The notes beneath the pieces were generated by a model that was not told the origin of the DNA, did not search any database, and saw only the letters and a program-made list of their open reading frames with translations. From Octopus vulgaris (lineage: Eukaryota), in the NCBI GenBank assembly GCA_951406725.2, contig OX597824.1, positions 8,618,001 to 8,682,000 of the forward strand: a DNA stretch of 64,000 bases, read 5' to 3'. The first letter of the stretch is position 1; each line of letters opens with the position of its first letter. The position numbers and the translations under genes are program-made. This document shows, in pieces, positions 12,736-24,824 of the stretch.

Positions 12736-13360
12736 CATACATACGTACATACATACAGTCATTCATACATACACACATACATACATACATATATACATAC
12801 ATACATACATACAGGCAGACAGACATTCATACATACAAACATACATACAAACATACATACAGTCATTTATACATACATATGCACACTTACATATATTTAT
12901 ATGTATACCTACACCCACACACCCAACACACACATACACACGCGTATGTGTATGTATATTTGGGCCTGTTTGTCCCAACCACAACGCTTGACAACTGGTA
13001 TGGGTTTGTTCACGTCCCCTGATACAATAAGCACCAGACATAAAAGTACTGCGGTCAATCAGTGCTCCAGTATGGCCGCAGTCCAATGACCGTAACAAGT
13101 AAAAGATGAAGGGAAAGATAAAAGATACACATTTTGTATTGGATCATGCCACATTGAACACCATCTCGATGTTCGTCCATTGAATCTTTTCTGTGAATAT
13201 CGTTGGAAGAACATATTTTGGCAGTTTTTTTTCCTATATATAGTTTCATGCCTAATTAAGCCGACCTTTCATAACAACATTATTTCGAGAACAATCTGTT
13301 TCCAATAAGATTTCTTTTATTCTTCCCTTCAATCTACAACCTCAGTTTATGCTTATTTCT

Positions 13361-13428
<68 letters not shown>

Positions 13429-13632
13429 CATACACACACATGCATGCACGTATAGATCAATACAGAGCAGAGTTTATTAGAGAAGATAAAAATAATAAAC
13501 TTCGTTTGTATATTCTCAGCGTTGAAAGGGCTTTGAACTCGTGACCTTCATGATTACTTTTACTGCTAAACTACGTGACACATAATTATGTAAACAATAT
13601 AGATGAATAATGTTTACAGACCAAAAACAAAA

Positions 13633-13708
<76 letters not shown>

Positions 13709-13713
<5 letters not shown>

Positions 13714-14087
13714 ATATAAACGGCAGTTTGTCTGTGCGTGTTTCTGTGTGTCTGTTTGCTTGTACCCTCACTCTGACCACGGCTTTCAACCGATTCTGAT
13801 GAAACTTGACACACACATAGCCCAATGTCATAATTCAAAACTAAAGCAGCGAAAATTTTGAAAAGTTCACCCAGTTCTGAAAAAAATCGATAAATTCGAC
13901 ATTGGGTCGAGAATCAGAAACACAAACCGCAAACTGTCTAGGGGACGCAACTCCACCTTTTTTTAACTAAAAAAAAATTTACCATCATTTTTTTCCATTT
14001 TTTGGCTATTTTTTGGCTATAACTCTCTAAAAATGCTTTATAGTTATTTCCCTTACAAACCTGAGCAACGCCGGGCGATACTGCTAG
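13709..14087 (+). mobile_element. Non-autonomous Helitron
   Basis: A|TCTCTATATAAACGG...CC(T)GAGCAACGCCGGG CGATACTG-CTAG|T inside (TA)n; 3' end shared with 6929-7313. Confidence 0.85.
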
Positions 14088-14104
14088 TATATATATATAG
14101 GTAT

Positions 14105-14171
<67 letters not shown>

Positions 14172-14173
<2 letters not shown>

Positions 14174-14836
14174 CTAAGCAATAAAGGGTTTGGCAACGAA
14201 TTGCCTTACCACATACCGAATTTAGAAATAGCAGTCAAAGAGTTATAGCTATTTCTTCTACTAAAAAGGGAGATCTCAGTAAAAACAGCAATTGGAAGGC
14301 AGACACAAACAGGTAAGAGGGAATGAATTGACGGCAATCTATCATACAATTTTAAGTTATCTACGGACGTACGTTTCGAAATCAAGTTTTTAGGAAAGCA
14401 TAAGAATTAAATATTAAATAATTCTATCTTACCAAGAACTTCTTTTCTCTTCAGCGTAGATTACTATAATCATAAATGATTATATATTGAATTTTGAGAT
14501 ACTAGAAGGCATCAACTCAACTCAGTATCAGAGCGAGCTAGAATCCGCAACTAGTATCACCAAATTCAATGTGTGAATGAAAAGATTGTGTCACCAGCCC
14601 CTTCCCACCCGCGTGTAGCCAAAACAAGATGCTGTGGTCATCTACTGAGATAAAATATGGTTATCCGTAATAATGAAGGGTGAAATTAATTAATTTGGAA
14701 TAATTATCAATTACACCAAGTAGTCTTCGGCATGTAAAAGCCTCATTCGAGGAAAATTTAAGTAATACTAAGCAATAAAGGGTTTGGCAACGAATTGCCT
14801 TACCACATACCGAATTTAGAAATAGCAGTCAAAGAG

Positions 14837-14841
<5 letters not shown>
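14172..14841 (-). mobile_element. Non-coding hammerhead-bearing element, 594-bp unit plus 76-bp terminal redundancy (retrozyme-like / non-autonomous Penelope-like)
   Basis: 14172-14247 is identical to 14766-14841; internal hammerhead; no ORF; TA-rich microsatellite on both sides. Confidence 0.75.
14359..14461 (-). ncRNA. Type I hammerhead ribozyme
   Basis: Minus strand: ATCTACG-CTGAAGA-GAAA[long stem-loop II]TTTC-GAAA-CGTACG-TC^CGTAGAT; 7-bp stem I, intact core, palindromic stem III, GUC cleavage triplet. Confidence 0.85.
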
Positions 14842-14903
<62 letters not shown>

Positions 14904-14978
14904 ATATATGTATATGCATAGGTATATATATATATATGTATGTATATATATATGTATATGTATATATATATGTATATA

Positions 14979-15027
<49 letters not shown>

Positions 15028-15071
15028 GTATGTATATATATCGAAATAAGCAACAGGATATCAAGAAGTGA

Positions 15072-15157
15072 TGCAGTACGACCGTTTCAAGAGCCTCCAT
15101 TTAATTGAACAATGTAATCATTATATCAATTAAAATGCAGAGCTATCATCAGTTGCA
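15072..15157 (-). ncRNA. Type I hammerhead ribozyme (slightly decayed)
   Basis: Minus strand: TGCAA-CTGATGA-TAGCTCTGCATTTTAATTGA...TCAATTAAATGGAGGCTCTT-GAAA-CGGTCG-TA^CTGCA; lies in a ~240-bp insert (15040-15280) between (TA)n tracts. Confidence 0.7.
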
Positions 15158-15321
15158 CAAATAAATAGAATTTTAATCAGTTGGACACATTAATATAATT
15201 TTTCTCAAATACTTTAACGGTGCAAGAAGATAGAAGAAATCCATGTTGTCTCTGTAGTAGCTAAGAATAGACTACTAAGATATATATATATATATAAAGA
15301 ATATCGACTTCAGCACGCGAT

Positions 15322-15870
15322 AGGTACTTAATTTATCGACCCCGAAAGGATAAAAAGCAAAGTCGACCTTAGCGGAATTTGAACTCAGAACATAACGGCA
15401 GACGATATACCTATTTTTTTACTACCCACAAGGGGCTAAACACAGAGAGGACAAACAAGGACAGACAAACGGATCAAGTCGATTATATCGACCCCAGTGC
15501 GTTACTGGTACTTATTTAATCGACCCCGAAAGTATGAAAGGCAAAGTCGACCTCGGCAGAATTTGAACTCAGAACGTAAAGACAGACGAAATACCGCTAA
15601 GCGTTTCGCCCGGCGTGCTAAAGTTTTTGCCAACTCTCAGCCTTTCGCCCAGTTTACAATAATAATAATAATAATAATGGTTTCAATTTTTGGCACAAGG
15701 CCAGAAATTTGGTAGGAGGGGATCAGTCGATTATATTGACCCAAGTGCTCAACTGGTACTTTATTTATCAACCCCGGAAGGATGGAAGGCAAAGTCGACC
15801 TCAGTTAAATTTAAGCTCACAACGAAGCGACCGGCGAAATACCGCTAAGCATTTCGTCCAGCTCGCCGCC
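15322..15870 (-). mobile_element. Cluster of SINE family C copies (15322-15650 with internal duplication; 15680-15870)
   Basis: Repeated GGTACTTAATTTATCGACCCCGAAAGGATGAAAGGCAAAGTCGACCTCGGCGGAATTTGAACTCAG-like segments. Confidence 0.85.
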
Positions 15871-15871
15871 T

Positions 15872-15918
<47 letters not shown>

Positions 15919-16319
15919 CTACTACTACTACTACTACTATAATAACGGAAATAATCATTTCATACATGCTGCTGGTGGGAAGCAATAAGAATTAGTGTTA
16001 ACCACAATATGTCGGTTTTGCCGTTCTTTAACGGATTAACTTACATAACAATGGGAGGTGTATATATCTAATTCTACTTTTGTCTGTTTTATGGTGAATA
16101 TGTTCAAATGTCTTCTTAGACAATTCAGCAAATTTATTTTCGATGGTCAGAAAATCGACCAGAGCCTTTTAGAGGATTTATTTTCTAGCAAGCAGCCTTT
16201 CAAAAGCTGGCTTATCTAATACTCTTTTGACATTGATAATGGAGAAAGGAACTTGTCTATAAAAAATGTATGTGTATATATATACATATGAGTGTGTGTG
16301 TCTTATTGTTATGTAGTTT

Positions 16320-16860
16320 GTCTTTTACTTATTTTAGTTGTTGTTGGACTGCGGCCATGTTGGGTCACCGCCTTGAAGGATTTTCAGCGAAACAAATGAA
16401 CCCCAATATTTATATCTGTAAAGTCTGGTGCTCATTTTATCAGCCTCTTTTGGCGAGACACTAAGTTACACGGACAATAACAAACCAACACCGGTTGTCA
16501 AGCGGTGGAGGCGGGTCGGACAAAAACATTAAGACGTACACACATATACCCAGACACACACACAGATACACACAAACACACACACACACACACACACGCA
16601 CACAGACATACACTCAGACACACCCACACTCACACACACACGCACACAGACACAGACACACACACACATACACAACAGGTTTCTTTCAGTTTCCGTTTAT
16701 CACCAAATCTACTCACGAAGCTGTGGTCGGAGCCCGGATGTAGTCGAAGGCATTTCCCCAAAGTTGTAGGCAGCAAGATTGAATCTGAAGCTGTGTTTGG
16801 AAAGCAAACGTATCACACTACCATTCCAGCGTCCATAAACACAGCTATGTCTGCGCCTAT
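16320..16860 (-). mobile_element. SINE family B, diverged near-full copy with internal (CA)n
   Basis: Tail module at 16320-16530 and head at 16675-16860, both matching the reverse complement of 33080-33468. Confidence 0.7.
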
Positions 16861-17268
16861 AATGGTACAGAAACTTAAAGTTCTGTATGTAAGTCCCCTT
16901 ATCTCTATAATTCAATAAATATAATCCTCTTTTCTCTTTTCTAAACAACATTGTAGTCTACCTCATTTGTCGTCACACGTGTTTCCGTTTACACCAAATC
17001 TACTCACGAAGCTGTGGTCGGAGCCCGGATGTAGTCGAAGGCATTTCAAAGTTGTAGGCAGCAAGATTGAATCTGAAGCTGTGTTTGGAAAGCAAACGTA
17101 TCACACTACCATTCAGCGTCCATAAACACAGCTATGTCTGCGCCTATAATGGTACAGAAACTTAAAGTTCTGTATGTAAGTCCCCTTATCTCTATAATTC
17201 AATAAATATAATCCTCTTTTCTCTTTTCTAAACAACATTGTAGTCTACCTCATTTGTCGTCACACGTG
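16689..17268. repeat. ~290-bp tandem duplication
   Basis: 16689-16980 repeated at 16981-17268; differences are only small indels. Confidence 0.9.
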
Positions 17269-17275
17269 ACATGTC

Positions 17276-17357
<82 letters not shown>

Positions 17358-17619
17358 TAAATTTATCTTTGTTGATGATAAATTTAGAGGAGCCTGGCCA
17401 TACCTCTAAAAATAAAGGAATTCAAAGAAAGCAACCTGAATGCCAGTATATTCAGTGCATAAACCTAACTCCTATAAAGTGCATTTTGTTTCGCCACAAG
17501 GTTCATCAGGAATTGGCAGTGGCCTGTAATGTTGCTAGTTGTGTGGAAAACCAAAACACGAAGAAAACTATACAATAGTTGGGTATTTGGAGTGTGAGTA
17601 GGCTGATAATGTGGGTGAT

Positions 17620-17912
17620 GTTATCATGGCCGTCGACTCGTGACCGAGGAAGACTATTGCTGACCTTCAGGAACATTACACGCTCTAGGACTAACTTATA
17701 TTTTGCATTTGCGGCTCCGTTGGTGGCTAATGAGCCCTGCTCTTGACAAGCATACACGACTGCAAACATTGCAGACCAAGCTTTCCCCATTTACTACACC
17801 AGAAGTGCGCTTTCAAGCAGCACGCTTAAGTTCTTCATGCAGTATGCGTGCTCTCTCAGAAGTATCGAGCTCTTCCTTAACCTGCTTCCTCTATCTATGG
17901 CGATGATGTTAT
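17620..17912 (-). mobile_element. RTE-clade LINE 3' end (pseudogenised)
   Basis: Minus frame RHR*RKQVKEELDTSERARILHEELKRAA*KRTSGVVNGESLVCNVCSRVCLSRAGLISHQRSRKCKI*; the CxxCxRxCxSRxGLxSH C-terminal zinc finger is typical of RTE elements. Confidence 0.8.
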
Positions 17913-18359
17913 AAGATCTTCTAAGGGGTCATGGATGAGGGTGCTGGGGTTTAAGGGGTGATGGATGAGGGTGAATTTTGGTGATGGTATAGATGGTGTT
18001 AAAGATAAAGGTGAAGATGAAGATAATGGTGGTTGATGCTATCAATGATGGTGTAGGAAATTTAATGGTTGTGTATTTAGTGGCCTTGTTTGGTTTACAT
18101 GTTAGTTATTTTTTGTGCTGATGGCGGAGAGTAGAGGAAACAACAAAGATGGGAGCACGCGAACGTATTGGCGCACACATGCATGTATACATACATACGC
18201 ATATAGAGGGAGTAAGAAAGAAGAAGTAAAAGAAGAAGAGAGAGAGAGAAACAAGGAAGTCTACTAAGGTAATTGATTACTTAAAAATAGCACATCATAG
18301 CAGTTTTATTTCATCTGGCTTTTTCATTGACCGTTTTACTGAGCCAAAAATATATAAAA

Positions 18360-18560
18360 ACCGCCGCCGTCGCCACGACCGCCGCCGCCGCCACCACCGC
18401 CGCCACCACCACCACCACCACCACCATTGTGTTGGAGATTACCCAGTTGAAAACCAGGGGAACAAAGGGATGGAGGGAAGGAGGAAGTGGGGAGAGATCC
18501 CTTGGGATAAGACTAACGCTTTTCGTAGTCTTTTGTTGTCGGGAGGAAGTTTTAATAATA

Positions 18561-18591
<31 letters not shown>

Positions 18592-18596
18592 TAATG

Positions 18597-18675
<79 letters not shown>

Positions 18676-18863
18676 GTCTCACAAGGTATCTGGTACGAAT
18701 ACAACCTCGTCAAACGGGTCGCCAAGGTGAGAATCAACATGCTAGATATAGCTGCCAAAAAGACCTCAAATTACACAACAACAACGACAACAATGATAAT
18801 AATAACAATAATTAATGATAATAATAATAATAAATGATAATAATAATAATAATAATGATAATA

Positions 18864-18896
<33 letters not shown>

Positions 18897-18971
18897 ACAA
18901 CAACAACAATGATAACAATAATATTAATAATAATAACAACAACAACAACAACAATAATAATAATAATAAAG

Positions 18972-19045
<74 letters not shown>

Positions 19046-19520
19046 CGATCCCTAGCCTACCATCCATGCTGGAAATGCAGAAGATTGTCTTAAGTGATAA
19101 CTGGTCACATGTATTGAGAAGGGGCATGGAGCTGTGAATTTCCTTTCTTAAGGGGTGATCTAGGGTTAAGCAACATCGCTATCATGACCACGACCGCGAC
19201 GCAGCTACCCTGACCACTGCCACCCACCAATCACCATCATCACTACCGTCAGCATCCTCACTGCTGCCACTGCCACTGCCAACCCACCACCACCACCACC
19301 ACCACCATCAACTTCATCATCATCATTATCATCATCATCATCATCATTATCGTCATCGTCATCATCGTCGTCGTCATCATCATCATCATCATCATCATCA
19401 TCTTCATCATCATCACCATCATCATCATCATCGTCGTCATCATCATCGTCATCACCATCCTCCTCCTCCTCCTCCTCCTCCTCATCATCATCATCATCAC
19501 CAACGGCGACGACGACATTA
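18360..19520. repeat. Trinucleotide repeat field: (GCC/ACC)n, (AAT)n, (AAC)n, (CAT/CGT)n
   Basis: Direct inspection. Confidence 0.95.
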
Positions 19521-20075
19521 TTCGTAAATTCATACAAATGTTCCTCGTTGACCTCGTCTCTCAGCAGAGAGAGTAATTCTTCAAGGTACAGAGGTGGACT
19601 TAGTCATCCAAAGTGAAACATTGTCATCGGGTGCACACGATGGATCACAACTGACAGAATATAAACCTGACAACTGACATGGTGAACTTCGGTGACAGCG
19701 TTTGATGGGATTTGATCCACCGAATATTTTCATTGCTACATACATGCATACATACGCATATACATACATAATATACACGCACATACATATACATATTCAT
19801 GCTTATGCATACACATATAATACATACATATGTCGGTAACATGCTTACAAACATATATAAATACACACATGTGTGTATCTATATATCTATATCTATATAT
19901 ATATATATATATGTAGGTCCCGGGTTGATTCGGGGTTAACCACAGTAAGTAAGGTACTCAATACATGCTTCCTGAAGATTTCTCTTGAATGAAACAGTAC
20001 TAGTCCTGTAGAAGCTCCTTCTATATAATAAATTAATATATATATATATATATACACATAGATACACACACATAA

Positions 20076-20131
<56 letters not shown>

Positions 20132-20348
20132 AAATATGTATTCATATATGCACAATTATATTCACATACAAACACGTGCATACATACTTATATACATACA
20201 AACACACATACCTACAAATACACATACATATATATATGTATATATGTATGTGGATGAATACAGGCATGTATATATGCATGTATGAATGTATGTATGTATG
20301 TATGTATGTATGTATCTATCTATCTATCTTTCTATCTCTCTATCTCTA

Positions 20349-20407
<59 letters not shown>

Positions 20408-20408
20408 A

Positions 20409-20475
<67 letters not shown>

Positions 20476-20575
20476 TTCTCTCTCTCTCTCTCTCTTTATC
20501 TATCTATACGTATGCACGTAGATATATATTTGTATATTTCTAACATATACATGTACATAAATACATACAAGTACG

Positions 20576-20613
<38 letters not shown>

Positions 20614-21531
20614 CATATATATTTGCGTATATATATTTGAATTGATAAATACGTAATAAACAAACGGATCGATATCCACATTCACCTACCCCCCCCCCCC
20701 CAACACACATATGCATGCACACATAAAGTGTGCGCATACAAAAATAAATATCTCCATACAAACACATAAACATACATACACATACATACACATTCATACA
20801 CATACATAAACATACTTACACATATACAGCGGCATCCACATATATTTCACATAACAAAAATAACGCTCGTAACTAGAATTTGCGAAGGAAATTTGTCATA
20901 ATTTCTTCAAAAACAGCCGCCGTGTAAGTGTTAATATATCAAAATTGATGAAATAATATGATTCTACGGTTTCTAATAATAGAGTGTAATTTTGCGAGAA
21001 CGGAGAGTATGCGATGATTCGTTAAGCGAATTAGTTAAAGAAATCGATTTCCAAACAAGCATAAGTATATAGCTTTAGCTTAATGGAAATGCATTTTTAG
21101 AGTAGAAGAATTCCAAGAAAAGTGTCAAAGTTTATGGCAGCTAAGACTTAGAGTGCACCAGAAAAATTAGACAGGTAGTATTAAAGTAGAACATTCTAGA
21201 CAAAAATCTTGACGTTGAACGTAGGATAATGAACTTGTTTACATCTATCGTATGCTGGTGTATTTATTTCGCCTACGATGCGAATTTTAGGCACATCTTT
21301 TGTGTAAATTATATATATCGTATGTAAATATGATTGTAACAACGCTTTCAAAGCGCAACATATCATTATAGATGGGCACACAAACGCATATATGCATTAG
21401 TTCACGCACACACACACACACACACACACACAGATGAATATAGATACGTATAAATACACGTAATTATACTCTCCATTAGTTATATATGCATATATAACAT
21501 ATATGCATACATATATACATGCACAAATACA

Positions 21532-21580
<49 letters not shown>

Positions 21581-21664
21581 GTATGTATGTATGTATGTAT
21601 GTAGGCGCTGGCGTGGATAAGCTGAGAAGTGTCTGATTCACAACTACACGGGTTCAAGCATATA

Positions 21665-21722
<58 letters not shown>

Positions 21723-21725
21723 TAC

Positions 21726-21774
<49 letters not shown>

Positions 21775-21867
21775 TGTATTTATGTATGTATGTATCTATA
21801 TTTAACTACCTAAATATATATATGTATATATATATATATGATTATATATACACACATATAAATGTAT

Positions 21868-21917
<50 letters not shown>

Positions 21918-22257
21918 AACAGTAACATTCGTCCCATCCAGGACCGCCACATTATGTTGTGATTTAGAAATATTTCCATTTATCAGATCAGTGACTGTGT
22001 GTGTCACTTTGAAAATTATATATTTTCGAACGGAAATTCCGCAGCGTCGTCCAGCCAAGCAGCTAGTCCGCGCTGAGAAGGTGCAATAACCCAGAAACCG
22101 GTCCACAGATGTTGCTTTCTGGTAGATGGAGCTACTGAGCTCTCCTGTTCGAAAATATAAGGACAGAATTTTGTGTCGTATAACCAGCTGGAAACGACGT
22201 TTCCTAGGACTAGACAACAGTTACAATAGTCCAATCCAGGACTGCCACGTGATGTTG
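21918..22257 (+). mobile_element. Old hammerhead-bearing element, 298-bp unit plus ~42-bp terminal redundancy
   Basis: AACAGT.ACA.T.GTCC.ATCCAGGAC.GCCAC.T.ATGTTG at 21918-21959 and 22216-22257; decayed hammerhead CCGCG-CTGAGAA-...ACCCA-GAAA-CCGG-TC-CACAG at about 22068-22108. Confidence 0.6.
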
Positions 22258-22320
22258 GCAAATAGTCTTGACTTTAAAGTACTGTTACTGAATATATATA
22301 TATATATATATATACATACA

Positions 22321-22428
<108 letters not shown>

Positions 22429-22522
22429 AAGTATATATACATATATATATATACATTATATATGTATATATATATATATATATACATATATAAATTTCTG
22501 AACGAGGTATAAACTGCACGTC

Positions 22523-22786
22523 AATGTGAAGTATAATTGCCACATAAATATGACTAACCACTAAGGGCGAGTGTCGCGCTGACGACGGGTAAATACCCAG
22601 AAACCCGTGTTCGTGCGTATCACGTCAGGTCGACGATGGGAAGGATGGCTTCCCTTTGCAAATACTGATAGGGCACAGAGAGTGCGTCAATAGCCAGCTG
22701 GAGAAGATGTTATCCTGGGGCTACAAGCTACAGTAGCATCCACCCTTAGTGGTTAGCCACATTTAAGTAGCAAATATACTTCACAT

Positions 22787-22787
<1 letters not shown>
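22523..22787 (+). mobile_element. Hammerhead-bearing element with ~45-bp inverted ends (Penelope-like architecture)
   Basis: 22523-22567 is inverted at 22743-22787; CGCG-CTGACGA-CGGGTAAATACCCA-GAAA-CCCGTG-TT-CGTG at 22575-22615; body similar to 22068-22235. Confidence 0.65.
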
Positions 22788-22817
<30 letters not shown>

Positions 22818-23247
22818 ATACATACATACATATGAGATGGACGCAATATAATATATATATATGTATATGTATATATTATAATATATGTATATTATACATA
22901 AAATAGCACATACAGTAGAGAACCTATTTTTGCTGAGGCGTGTGAAAATATATTCACCAAGTCCGCTCTATCAATAACGGCACCAGATTAACAGGTCTGA
23001 CATTTTATGGAGAACTATGGGAGCAGCCACTCCCTACAGGGCAAACCAATAACTTATAATTAAATACATTAATCTATGAATAATATTTATCGATATTCAT
23101 TTACATATTTATACTATACTGGTGCGAGCACGTGTTTTGTGCGTCTGATGTCGAGTGAGCCTGTTTACTTTCGTATACATATATATATATATATATATAT
23201 GTATAATATCTATAAACAAGCCAGAGGGCATTGTAAGTCAATTTGTT

Positions 23248-23319
<72 letters not shown>

Positions 23320-23894
23320 TATACATATATATACATATATATATACATATGTACATACATATATATATACATATATATATATATACATATACATATGTAC
23401 ATACATATATATACATATATATATGTATACGTATGTACGTAAGCACTTGCGTATGTGTGCGCGTTTGCATGTATGTATAAACATTGAATGATACCCATAG
23501 ATGTATAAGCACACACACACATGTCGACATATCAGTATACGCACACGCATACACACATACAGGACCATACATATATATATATGTACATATATATATATAT
23601 ATGCACACAAACACACGCATATATGCATGTGTATGTGAGTGATTCCATAACTAGGTTCGCTGTATTGAGAAGCTCTTTCTATTAACGGGAACCATTTTTC
23701 TTTAACGGACCGTGTAGGAACTCTAAGAATATGCATCGATCTTAAAGATCCCTGTCCATACTTACTGTGAGGATGTGTGGAGGGAGCTGTTGCTTTACGC
23801 ATAGCTCCTTGTCTAAGATTTATTGATTTCTGATGTAGTATGTAAAAGGGGCGTACAATATTTCATGACACACACGAATTATACTCTTTTACCC

Positions 23895-24100
23895 ACGATT
23901 ATTTGTATGTCATTTTGTCTGCGCTCATGCTGGAGCAATGCCTTATAGTCGAACAAACCGACCTCCTGGGCTTATTCTTTGTAAGTCTAGTACTTAATCT
24001 ACCGGTCTCTTTTTGCCGAACCGCTATGGAGCACATAAGCACACCAACATCGGTTATCAAGTGACGGCGGGGGCATAAACACAGACACAAAGACACACAC
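23895..24100 (-). mobile_element. SINE family B 3' module
   Basis: CATGCTGGAGCA...CTTATTCTTTGTAAG.CTAGTACTTA...TTTTGCCGAACCGCTA. Confidence 0.8.
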
Positions 24101-24142
24101 ACACACATAAATATTTACATACATACATATATATGCATATAT

Positions 24143-24201
<59 letters not shown>

Positions 24202-24212
24202 TATATATATAT

Positions 24213-24419
24213 AGGGAAAGTTTACGAAAAAAAACAAAAGACGAAGACAGGTGGTGTACAAAACAAATAGATGTATTAGTATAGCGCTCAGGAACAGAAA
24301 AAAGTCTTTTACGTTTCGAGCCTACGCTCATCTACAGAAAGGGACACAGAAAAAAAAACAAGGAGAGAAAAAAACATGTGTGTAGTGGCTAACGCTCTAT
24401 CATGGCGACTTTGATATCA

Positions 24420-24421
<2 letters not shown>
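24213..24421 (-). mobile_element. Dispersed ~200-bp repeat with hammerhead-like motif (Penelope pLTR-like)
   Basis: Copies at 24213-24421, 29590-29785 and 41463-41655, partial relative at 30922-31020; minus strand GA(T/A)GA-GC-GTAG-GCTC-GAAA-CG-TA motif. Confidence 0.7.
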
Positions 24422-24465
<44 letters not shown>

Positions 24466-24515
24466 CGGAACAGCTGCTCGTGAAATTAACGTGCAAGTGG
24501 CTGAACACTCCACAG

Positions 24516-24572
<57 letters not shown>

Positions 24573-24577
<5 letters not shown>

Positions 24578-24712
24578 ACCTGTATTTTAAAGGACCAGCC
24601 TTGTCACACACTGTGTCACGCTGAATCTCCCCAAGAACTACGTTAAGGGTACACGTGTCTGTGGAGTGCTCAGTCACTTGCACGTTAATTTCACGAGTAG
24701 GCTGTTCCGTTG
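24573..24712 (+). mobile_element. SINE tail Y fragment with local fold-back duplication
   Basis: GTTGTACCTGTATTT...GGGTACACGTGTCTGTGGAGTGCTCAG...GCTGTTCCGTTGA; same tail at 38525-38710; inverted partial copy at 24463-24518. Confidence 0.8.
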
Positions 24713-24772
24713 ATATATATATATATATTTTGATATCAAAGTCGCCATGATAGATCGTTAGCCACTACACAC

Positions 24773-24824
<52 letters not shown>

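Noticed and set aside
19205-19600. Acidic ORF (…EELLSLLRDEVNEEHLYEF…DDDD)
   Set aside because: Stop immediately upstream, no good acceptor, and the remainder is triplet repeat
23766-23829. Possible minus-strand exon ending in GTAAGT (KSINLRQGAMRKATAPSTHPH)
   Set aside because: Mediocre acceptor, weak exonic donor context, unrecognisable peptide
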